DNA of 38,374 nucleotides, taken from NCBI GenBank assembly GCA_034666805.1, contig JAXDLD010000475.1, forward strand, positions 1 to 38,374, in the 5' to 3' direction. Shown piece after piece: positions 32,027 to 38,374 of this stretch (positions are counted from its first letter, which is position 1; every line of letters begins with the position of its first letter). The DNA comes from Acidobacteriota bacterium (GTDB lineage Bacteria; Acidobacteriota; Thermoanaerobaculia; Multivoradales; UBA5704). The notes under the pieces were generated by a model that was not told the origin of the DNA, ran no database searches, and was given only the letters and a program-made list of their open reading frames with translations. Both the position numbers and the translations under genes were made by a program.

Positions 32027-33553
32027 GATGACCCGGAGCAGGGCGTCCGGTTCGGTGGGCTTCGTCAGGTGCAGGTCGAAACCGGCCTCGCTCGCCAGCC
32101 GCCGGTCCTCGGCCTGGCCGTAGCCGGTCAAGGCGATCAGCCGGGTGAAGGAGAGCTCGGAGTCGCTCCGCAGGGCCCGCGCCACCTGGTAACCGTCCAT
32201 CTCCCCCGGCAGGCCGATGTCGCAGAGCACCACCTCCGGCTGGGTGTCGTGGGCCCGGGCGATCCCCGTCGGGCCGTCATGGGCGACCGTCACCTCATGG
32301 CCGGTGAGCTCCAGGAAGAGGCGCAGGCTCTCCGCGGCGTCGACGTTGTCCTCGACGATCAGGATGCGGTGCGGCCGCGGACCGGAGACGGCCGGACGGG
32401 GGACGATCTCCTCGCGCATCGGCGCCAGCGGCAGGCGGAGGGTGAAGATCGAGCCCTGCCCCGGTCCGTCGCTCGCCGCCTCGATCGTGCCGCCGTGCAT
32501 CTCGACGAGCGACTTGACGAGCGCGAGCCCCAGCCCCAGCCCGGAGCCGCCGCGCGCCGCGTCCTCGCCCTGGCTGAAGGGCTCGAAGATGCGCGGCAGG
32601 AGCTCCCGGGGGATGCCGATCCCGGTATCGCGGACGGTCAGGGTCGCCATCCCGCCCCCCTCGTCTCCCGGCTCTCCCGGCAGGACATCCAGGGCGACCG
32701 CGATCTCCCCGCCCGCCTCGGTGAAGGCGCAGGCGTTCTCCAGCAGGTTGGCGAACGCCTGGGCCAGGCGCAGGCGGTCGCCCAGGGTCCACAGCGGCCG
32801 CTCCGGGAGGGCGACGGCGAGCCGGAGGTCGCGGTCCTCCAGGCGGTCGCCCAAGGCGTAGACGGCCCCGCGCACGAGGTCGGTCAGGTCCAGGCGCTCC
32901 CGCTGCAGGGCCACCTTGCCGCTCGACAGCCGCGAGACGTCCAGGAGGTCGTCGATCAGCCGGGTGAGCTGGAAGACCTGGCGCTCGGTGAGCTCGCGGA
33001 GCCGCTCGCGCTGCTCCTCGCTGACGTTGGGCAGGCGGGCGATGTGGAGCGAGTTGACGATCGGGGCGAGCGGGTTGCGCAGGTCGTGGGCGAGGTCGGC
33101 GAGGAACTCCTCCCGCGAACGTCCGCCCGCCCGCTCGCCGCCCGTACCGCCGCCGCCGCCCTGGGTGTCCTCCTCGACCCGGTGCAGGATGTAGGCGACC
33201 TCCCCCTCTTCGCCGTAGACCGGCGCGTTGACGAGGCGGATGGGGCCGGACCACAGCCCCTGGCCCGTCCGCCCCAGGCCGTAGCCGCGCAGACGGAGGG
33301 TGTCGGCCCGGCGGCTCTCGAGCACCCGGGCGAGCGAGGCCCGGAGCTCGCGGCCGAAGTCCTCCGTCCCCCCGGCGGCGAGGAGCTCGGGCAGGCCGCG
33401 GCCGACGATCTCGCCGCGCTCGGTCCCGGTGGCGCGAAGGTAGGCGTCGCTCGCCGCCACCACCGTCAGGTCCGGCGCCAGGGCCAGGTAGGGGTCGGGG
33501 GCCGACTCGAAGAGGGCGCGAAAGTCAGGGGTCGGGGTAGGCACGGGGCGCAT
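32012..33553 (-). CDS. hybrid sensor histidine kinase (PAS - HisKA - HATPase_c - receiver)
   Basis: Only the C-terminal 513 codons of track ORF 32012..35236 look genuine, starting MRPVPTPTPDFRALFESAPDPYLAL (PAS). H-box FLADLAHDLRNPL; N-box NLLENACAF; G-boxes VRDTGIGIP and GSGLGLGLALVKSLVEMHGG. Receiver ILIVEDNVD...VVLCDIGLPGEMDG...LTGY...HLTKP. Confidence 0.85.
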   Translation of the reverse strand: MRPVPTPTPDFRALFESAPDPYLALAPDLTVVAASDAYLRATGTERGEIVGRGLPELLAAGGTEDFGRELRASLARVLESRRADTLRLRGYGLGRTGQGLWSGPIRLVNAPVYGEEGEVAYILHRVEEDTQGGGGGTGGERAGGRSREEFLADLAHDLRNPLAPIVNSLHIARLPNVSEEQRERLRELTERQVFQLTRLIDDLLDVSRLSSGKVALQRERLDLTDLVRGAVYALGDRLEDRDLRLAVALPERPLWTLGDRLRLAQAFANLLENACAFTEAGGEIAVALDVLPGEPGDEGGGMATLTVRDTGIGIPRELLPRIFEPFSQGEDAARGGSGLGLGLALVKSLVEMHGGTIEAASDGPGQGSIFTLRLPLAPMREEIVPRPAVSGPRPHRILIVEDNVDAAESLRLFLELTGHEVTVAHDGPTGIARAHDTQPEVVLCDIGLPGEMDGYQVARALRSDSELSFTRLIALTGYGQAEDRRLASEAGFDLHLTKPTEPDALLRVIASFF

Positions 33554-33622
33554 TGTATCCAAACCCGTATAATGGGAAGAGTCATAGACCCCCGGTTGTT
33601 CCGCCGGCTGAGGAAGATCCGC

Positions 33623-35302
33623 ATGAAAAAACTTCTCGCTCTCGCAGTCCTCGGCCTCGGCATCGCCTCCGGCGCGGCCCGAGCGGACGTCCAGCCCGCG
33701 CATCCCGCGCTCCCCCCGGTCGCCCCCAAGGCCGCCGCCCCCAAGGCCGCCGCTCCGGGGCCGGCCAGCCCGATCCAGAAGAAGCTGGAGGAGGCCTTGA
33801 ACCGGATGGACAAGAACGACGACGCCGGAGCCATCCAGATCCTCGAGGCCCTGAAAAAAGACCCCGACGTCACCCCGCCCGTCCTCGCCCTCCTGGGCGC
33901 GCTCTACTTGAAGACCAACCGGCCGAAGGAGGCGATGGCGATCCTGAAGCCGCTCGCCGACGCCGCCGACGCCGACCCGGCGGTGCTCTTCAACGCCGGG
34001 CGGGCGGCCTTCGCCCTCGGCCAGGGCCCCGAGGGCGAGCACTACCTCGGGCGCTCGGTCGCGCTGGCTCCGGGCTCGCCGGCCGCCCGCACCCTGGGCC
34101 TCCTGCTCGCCCGCCAGGGTCGATCGGTGGCCGCCTTCGACGTCCTCATTCCCTGGGTGCAGGCCAATCCCACCGACTTCGAGGCCCGGCTCGCCACCGC
34201 CCTCCTGGCCGCCAACCTGCAGCGTCTGGCCGATGCCGAGGAGCTGCTCAAGGATCTGCCGGCCAACAACCCGAAGGTCCGGCTGCTCAAGGGCGACCTC
34301 GCCCTCCGCAAGGGGGACGCCAAGGCCGCCATCGCGACCCTCCGGCCGCTCGTCGACAGCCCGCCGCCGGGTTTCGACACCAGCGGCGGGATGCAGCTCG
34401 ACGCCCGCCGGCTCCTGGCCGACGCCTACCTGCGGACCGGGCAGTCCACCGAGGCGGTCAAGCTCCTCGCCGGCAAGGGGGGTGACGCCCCCACCGCCCT
34501 GCTCCTTGCCCGGGCCCAGTACCAGAGCGGCAATCTCCAGGCCGGGCTCGCCACCCTCACGCCCTACGCCCCCAAGATCCTGAAGGCGGGCCAGCCGCGC
34601 GACCCCGACCTCGTCGCCGAGATGGCGCTCGCCTACGGGCGGATGCTCGCCGCCGCCAACCGGCAGCCGGAGGCGGCGAGCGCCTTGGCCGTCGCCACCC
34701 GCCTGGACCCCGACAGCACGGAGGCCTGGCAGGCCTACGGGCAGACCCTGACCGCCCTCGGCAAGAAGGACGAGGCCGGCAAGGCCCTCGCCCGCTTCCG
34801 CGACCTCTCCGCCGCCCGCACGAAAGCCAAGGCCCCGGCGGCGCCGGCCGTCGACCCGGTGGTCGCCCTGATGGAGAAGGGCGAGCTCGACAAAGCCGTC
34901 GCCGCGGCCCGTGAGCAGATCAAGGCGACGCCCAAGGACCTCGGCCCGCGGGCCCTGGAGGTGCGCATCCTGCTCCTCCAGAAGCATCCCGACGAGGCCC
35001 TGAAGGCCGCCCAGCGGATGGTCGACCTCGCCCCCGGCAGCCCGGACGCGATCTATGCCCGCGGGGTCTGCCAGCTCGCCCTCCAGAAGGCCAAGGAGGC
35101 GGAGGCGGACTTCCGGCAGGCCCTGAAGCTCCAGCCCCAGTACCTGCCGGCCATGAACGACTTGGCGGTGCTGCTCATGCTGCAGGGCCAGAAGGCGGAG
35201 GCGAGGACCCTGCTCCAGAAGGTGCTCAAGGCGCACCCCGACGACAAGCTGGCGGCCGAGAACCTGAAGAAGCTCGACACCGAGGGCAAGGCGGGCGGGT
35301 GA
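33623..35302 (+). CDS. exported TPR-repeat protein
   Basis: Genuine part of track ORF 32069..35302. GAGGAAG SD; signal peptide MKKLLALAVLGLGIASGAARA. Multiple TPR-like helical repeats (...AWQAYGQTLTALGKKDEAGKALARF..., AIYARGVCQLALQKAKEAEADFRQALKLQPQY). Confidence 0.75.
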   Translation: MKKLLALAVLGLGIASGAARADVQPAHPALPPVAPKAAAPKAAAPGPASPIQKKLEEALNRMDKNDDAGAIQILEALKKDPDVTPPVLALLGALYLKTNRPKEAMAILKPLADAADADPAVLFNAGRAAFALGQGPEGEHYLGRSVALAPGSPAARTLGLLLARQGRSVAAFDVLIPWVQANPTDFEARLATALLAANLQRLADAEELLKDLPANNPKVRLLKGDLALRKGDAKAAIATLRPLVDSPPPGFDTSGGMQLDARRLLADAYLRTGQSTEAVKLLAGKGGDAPTALLLARAQYQSGNLQAGLATLTPYAPKILKAGQPRDPDLVAEMALAYGRMLAAANRQPEAASALAVATRLDPDSTEAWQAYGQTLTALGKKDEAGKALARFRDLSAARTKAKAPAAPAVDPVVALMEKGELDKAVAAAREQIKATPKDLGPRALEVRILLLQKHPDEALKAAQRMVDLAPGSPDAIYARGVCQLALQKAKEAEADFRQALKLQPQYLPAMNDLAVLLMLQGQKAEARTLLQKVLKAHPDDKLAAENLKKLDTEGKAGG

Positions 35303-37047
35303 GGGCGGGTCGACTCCTCCTCGCCGTCACCCTGCTCGTAGCGGCGGCCGGCGCCGCCCGCCCGGCGACTCCGGCGGCTCCGGCGGCAGGCGAGGACCCG
35401 CTGGCGGCGCTCGCCACCCGGCTGGGCGAGGCCGGCCCCGATCTCCTCCCCCGGCTCCAGGCCGACCTGGGCGCCGCCGCCGCCGCCCGCGCCCGCCGGC
35501 TCGCCGCCCAGGGGGAAGCCGCCTGGACCGACCGCGAGATCGCCGATCTCCTCCGCCTCTCGCTCCTCGACCCGCCCCGCTTCGTCGACGACCCCGCCTT
35601 CCGGGAGCGGGCCCTGGGAGTTCTCGCGCAGTCCCTCGACCGGCAGGCGCCGGCCGCCCTCCGCGACCGCCTGCTCGACCAGCTCGGCGGCTTTCCGGGC
35701 TTCGACTTCGCCGCCGGAGAGCGGGTGGGCTGGGCCTGGGGAGCCCTGCCGCGGCGGAGCTCCGAGCGCCAGATCGACACCCCCGCGCTCGCCGGCCCTC
35801 CCCTCCGTTTCGACGCCGACGACGGCGGGGACGGCCGCTCGCTCGCCGCCTCCGTCTACTCGCTCCCCTCGGCCTTCTTCGACGCCGGGACGGCGGCGGC
35901 CTTCCTCGCCGGGGTGCGGGCTGTGGACCCGGAGCGGCGGATCGTCGTCCTCGCCGATCTCGCCCAGGTCCGGGCCCTGGCCGACCGGGGGCGCGCCCTG
36001 CACGCCGACCTCCTCCTGAACCACGGCCGCTCCTACTCGCCCTGGCCGCGCGACCCGTTCAGCCTCGTCCATAGGGGGGAGGGCCGGAGCGGCCGGGTGG
36101 TGGTCCTCGTGCGGCCGAACCTCCAGCCCGGGCGGGAGGAGGACGCGAGCCTCGGCCCGGAGCTGGTGCAGGACCTCCCCCCGGCCCTGGACGCCGCCTG
36201 GGGGGAGCCCCGCTGGGCCCGCGCGCCGGTGCCCTTCCACAACGGCCAGGTGCTGCTCACGGCGGGCGCCGCCTGGATCACGCTCCATACCCTGGAGCCG
36301 CGTATCCTCGCCCTCCTCGGGGAGAGCCGGGTGCCGGTCGCGAGCTTCGCCACCGCGGCGGGGATCGCCCGTTATCTCGACGCGGCCCGCCGCGCCACCT
36401 CGGAGCTCGCCGACCTCTACGGCCGCTCGGTCCGCTTCGTCCATCCTCTCCCCACCGCCGGCTCGGCCCTCGTGACGACCCTCGGGGGCGGCGCCGGCTA
36501 CGATCTCGACTCGCTCGTCACCCTGCTTCCCCCCCGCGCTCCGGGAGGCAAGCCGCAGGCGCTCGTCGCCGACGTAGCGGCCGGCCGCGCCCTCCTCGCC
36601 CGGCTCCCAGCCGCCGACTGGCAGGCGCTCGCCGCGGGCTACGGCCTCCAGGCGGAAGGCCTGGCACCGGCGATGACCGCCGCCCAGCGCGCGCCGCGGC
36701 CGGAGGCCCTGGCCCCGTACCTCGACCTCATCGCCATCCACTTGAAGAGCCTGGGATTCGCCGTCGACCGCCTGCCCCTCCTCTTCGTGCCGGTCCCTCT
36801 CCTGCGGGACACCGGGGGCCTCGACTACCCCGATTTCCTCCTCACCTGGAACAACGTGGTCGTGGAGAAGCGGGCCGGGAAGGTGCGGGCGGAGGGGTTT
36901 GCTTCCCTCCTGCCGGCCGGCGACGCCATCGCGCGGGAGGTTTTCGTCCGCGCCGGGGTCCACCTCGACCTCCTGCCGCCACTGGTCCAGAGCGTCGTGC
37001 GGAACGGCGGCTACCGCTGCGCCTCGAACCACCTGCGCAACGGTTAG
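35299..37047 (+). CDS. exported protein with guanidino-group-modifying (pentein; agmatine/peptidyl-arginine deiminase-like) features
   Basis: GTGA start/stop overlap with the TPR gene; signal peptide MRAGRLLLAVTLLVAAAGAA. Motifs reminiscent of the deiminase fold: SPWPRDPF, PFHNGQVL, LTWNNVVV, and C-terminal NGGYRCASNH (GGxxxC catalytic-Cys-like). The family call is tentative. Confidence 0.5.
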   Translation: MRAGRLLLAVTLLVAAAGAARPATPAAPAAGEDPLAALATRLGEAGPDLLPRLQADLGAAAAARARRLAAQGEAAWTDREIADLLRLSLLDPPRFVDDPAFRERALGVLAQSLDRQAPAALRDRLLDQLGGFPGFDFAAGERVGWAWGALPRRSSERQIDTPALAGPPLRFDADDGGDGRSLAASVYSLPSAFFDAGTAAAFLAGVRAVDPERRIVVLADLAQVRALADRGRALHADLLLNHGRSYSPWPRDPFSLVHRGEGRSGRVVVLVRPNLQPGREEDASLGPELVQDLPPALDAAWGEPRWARAPVPFHNGQVLLTAGAAWITLHTLEPRILALLGESRVPVASFATAAGIARYLDAARRATSELADLYGRSVRFVHPLPTAGSALVTTLGGGAGYDLDSLVTLLPPRAPGGKPQALVADVAAGRALLARLPAADWQALAAGYGLQAEGLAPAMTAAQRAPRPEALAPYLDLIAIHLKSLGFAVDRLPLLFVPVPLLRDTGGLDYPDFLLTWNNVVVEKRAGKVRAEGFASLLPAGDAIAREVFVRAGVHLDLLPPLVQSVVRNGGYRCASNHLRNG

Positions 37048-37256
37048 AGCGCGGCAGGATCGGAATCGTTTGTACAGGGGAGGAGCAGGGGGGAGGACAG
37101 GAGGGGGGTGGCATCGCGAAGCTTCCTACCGCTTCCTGCCGCGCAGGCTCCTAGCTAGCAACCATAGGTAATGGGTTCGTCCACACAGAATTTGGGACAG
37201 GAGACGTCGGTGCTCTCGACCTGTACCGGCGCCGCACCCAGCCGTGCGGCTGTGGG

Positions 37257-37288
37257 GCGCTCCGCTCCTCGGCCGAGGAGCGGAGCGC
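37257..37288 (-). terminator. perfect 32-nt palindrome (16-bp arms) about 20 nt downstream of precursor gene A
   Basis: GCGCTCCGCTCCTCGG|CCGAGGAGCGGAGCGC read directly from the sequence. No U-tract, so it could be a terminator, an RNA-stabilising hairpin or a protein-binding palindrome. Confidence 0.45.
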
Positions 37289-37308
37289 AGGCCTTCCGTG
37301 AGTAACTC

Positions 37309-37455
37309 CTAACAGAAAGCGCAGGCCGTCTGCGCACAGTTGGTGCACGCCGAGACCGTGCCGGCACCCTCCGCTTCCTTAACCTGCTCCTGATCGAGTC
37401 GGCGGATCGACTCTTTGTGCACCACGAGCTTCTTGACGGTTGCCTTCTTCTTCAT
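37309..37455 (-). CDS. small Cys-rich peptide precursor A (48 aa) with Lys-rich double-glycine-type leader
   Basis: Internal Met of track ORF 37309..37563, preceded by GGAGGTG 6 nt upstream. MKKKATVKKLVVHKESIRRLDQEQVKEAEGAG|TVSACTNCAQTACAFC. The leader is shared with peptide B. Confidence 0.7.
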   Translation of the reverse strand: MKKKATVKKLVVHKESIRRLDQEQVKEAEGAGTVSACTNCAQTACAFC

Positions 37456-37578
37456 TGGCTCACCTCCGAGGCTTTGAGGCACTATTGCCTTCTGCCCTTG
37501 AGCATATTGCAAATGGCGAGCCTCGGGCGAGGCCAAACGCCGGCGGCCATCGGCGGCGAGCAACGCGGAACCGGTCGC

Positions 37579-37683
37579 GAGACACTACGGCGGGCGGTTG
37601 AGGCGCAAGAGCCTCGCCTGGAGACACTACGGAAGGTCGTTGAGACACAAGAGGGGGCTTTGGAGACACTACGGGAGGTCGTG
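37579..37683. repeat. tandem array R3a: five 21-nt units (42-nt super-unit) with core GAGACAC on the + strand
   Basis: Units start at 37579, 37600, 37621, 37642 and 37663 in exact 21-nt register, alternating GAGACACTACGG and GAGRCRCAAGAG. This is the reverse complement of the R3b unit. Confidence 0.85.
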
Positions 37684-37734
37684 GGGTCCTGTCCCAACAG
37701 TCTGTTGGTGGTACAGGGGCGTAAGTTGAGGGAA

Positions 37735-37766
37735 GGGGGAGGGTCTGCGCGGGGAGACCCTCCCCC
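37735..37766 (-). terminator. GC hairpin (10-12 bp stem, 8-nt loop) 10 nt downstream of precursor gene B
   Basis: GGGGGAGGGTCT-GCGCGGGG-AGACCCTCCCCC. A second imperfect palindrome (CCTGT-C-CCAACAG-T-CTGTTGG-TGGT-ACAGG) follows at ~37688..37718. Confidence 0.45.
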
Positions 37767-37775
37767 TGGGACTGG

Positions 37776-37934
37776 CTAGCAAGGGTACCGGCCACTCTGG
37801 CAGATAACGGGGTCGGTGGGGGGGCATCGGAACGTGTTGCAGTTGTCGGTGATAGCCCCTCCGACCACTGTTGCGCTGGTTAGCGCTACCGTCTCCTTCG
37901 ACAACACCAGCTTCTTCACAGCCTTCTTCTTCAT
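37776..37934 (-). CDS. small Cys-rich peptide precursor B (52 aa) with double-glycine leader (not in the ORF track)
   Basis: Translated codon by codon by hand: MKKKAVKKLVLSKETVALTSATVVGG|AITDNCNTFRCPPTDPVICQSGRYPC, with TAG at 37776..37778. AAGGAGG lies 6 nt upstream of the ATG. Confidence 0.7.
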   Translation of the reverse strand: MKKKAVKKLVLSKETVALTSATVVGGAITDNCNTFRCPPTDPVICQSGRYPC

Positions 37935-38034
37935 GAGTCCTCCTTGAAGGGCTGGATTCTATCTCAGCTTGGGTATCCCGGCAGTGGCCGGCGGTGGCGC
38001 CAACAGACTCTTAGGACAGTACCCCAGGCGGACT

Positions 38035-38236
38035 TCTTGTGTCTCCAGGCTTCCGCTAGTGTCTCCAGCCCGACTTCTTGTGTCTCCACGGCGTTCCGTA
38101 GTGTCTATAAGCCCGACTCTCATGTCTCCAGGACCGTCGGTAGTGTCTCCAGGCGAAGTTCTTGTGTCTCCGCGGCCCTCGGTAGTGTCCATAAACCCCT
38201 CCCCCGGGCCTGGAGACCGGGCCGTTGTGTCTCCAG
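38035..38236. repeat. tandem array R3b: ten 21-nt units (42-nt super-unit) with core GTGTCTCC on the + strand, inverted relative to R3a
   Basis: Cores at 38039, 38059, 38080, 38101, 38122, 38143, 38164, 38185, (38206 degenerate/inverted GGAGAC) and 38227. They alternate CTTGTGTCTCC and GTAGTGTCTCC. Confidence 0.9.
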
Positions 38237-38317
38237 GATGAACTCACAACCGTCGCCGAGTGGCCTGATCCCTTAAACGTCCTCCCGTCGTGGCCGAGAT
38301 GGCGTAGAATCTAAGAG

Positions 38318-38374
38318 ATGGAAGCGATCGAGGCCGAGACCCTCCTGAAGCAGGTGACGCGCCAGATCGTCGAG
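38318..38374 (+). CDS. 5' end of an unidentified gene running off the window
   Basis: ATG at 38318 (MEAIEAETLLKQVTRQIVE...), open to the window end. A TAGAAT hexamer ends 7 nt upstream, so the transcript may be leaderless. Too short to identify. Confidence 0.3.
   Translation, partial: MEAIEAETLLKQVTRQIVE

Noticed and set aside
32012-35302. Two nearly full-length overlapping ORFs (1074 aa minus, 1077 aa plus)
   Set aside because: Each is chimeric. Only 32012..33553 (minus) shows kinase/receiver motifs and only 33623..35302 (plus) shows a signal peptide plus TPRs. The remainders are shadow sequence.
35053-37032. 659-aa minus-strand ORF opposite the pentein-like gene
   Set aside because: It has shadow-frame composition (Gly/Arg/Glu/Pro-rich). 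The plus-strand gene has a coupled GTGA start, a signal peptide and spaced catalytic-type motifs.
37077-37111. Purine/G-rich tract GGGGAGGAGCAGGGGGGAGGACAGGAGGGGGGTGG just after the pentein-like gene stop (possible G-quadruplex)
   Set aside because: It has only three long G-runs plus GG doublets. It cannot be supported as a functional element from the sequence alone.
37155-37367. 70-aa minus-strand ORF overlapping the 3' end of precursor gene A
   Set aside because: Its N-terminal two-thirds is Arg-rich, out-of-frame overlap with gene A, and runs through the 32-nt palindrome. Only the Cys-containing C-terminal tail is noted, as a separate low-confidence finding.
1-38374. Looked for tRNA/rRNA genes, IS elements/transposases, integrases, phage genes and cas genes
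   Set aside because: No translated frame or intergenic segment showed recognisable signatures. The only decay/mobility signal is the ABC-ATPase fragment next to the TA cassettes.

Overview
Visibly high-G+C chromosomal segment from a Gram-negative bacterium. The gene content looks Acidobacteriota-like (TIGR03436-type VWA proteins, a CarboxypepD_reg-fused TonB-dependent receptor, an ASPIC/UnbV protein); the taxon is inference only. Layout from left to right follows. (1) AKR gene fragment, an orphan cytoplasmic ORF, a secreted Cys-rich protein and a multipass membrane protein. (2) A small toxin-antitoxin islet (MazEF-like pair, DUF4258/YgiT-finger pair) around an internal ABC-ATPase gene fragment. 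(3) A long minus-strand operon: transglutaminase-like/TPR lipoprotein, four tandem paralogous VWA-domain exported proteins, then rlmI. (4) A divergent plus-strand block: TonB-dependent receptor, intrinsic terminator, CarboxypepD_reg-TPR protein, then three translationally coupled paralogous alkaline-phosphatase-superfamily (sulfatase-like)-TPR fusion proteins. (5) FG-GAP/ASPIC-UnbV protein, HTH protein, PAS-HK-REC hybrid kinase, exported TPR protein coupled to an exported pentein (deiminase/amidinotransferase-fold)-like protein. (6) At the right edge, two tandem mini-genes for Cys-rich peptides with a shared Lys-rich double-glycine-type leader; one is absent from the ORF track. The most unusual signal is non-coding: four intergenic arrays of degenerate tandem repeats, all phased at about 21 nt (with 42- and 63-nt super-units). 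One lies upstream of the Cys-rich protein gene. One is about 620 bp long and lies between convergent genes. Two are in inverted orientation and bracket the peptide precursor genes. No tRNA, rRNA, CRISPR array or transposase was recognised. Many long ORFs in the track are antisense shadow frames typical of high-GC DNA.
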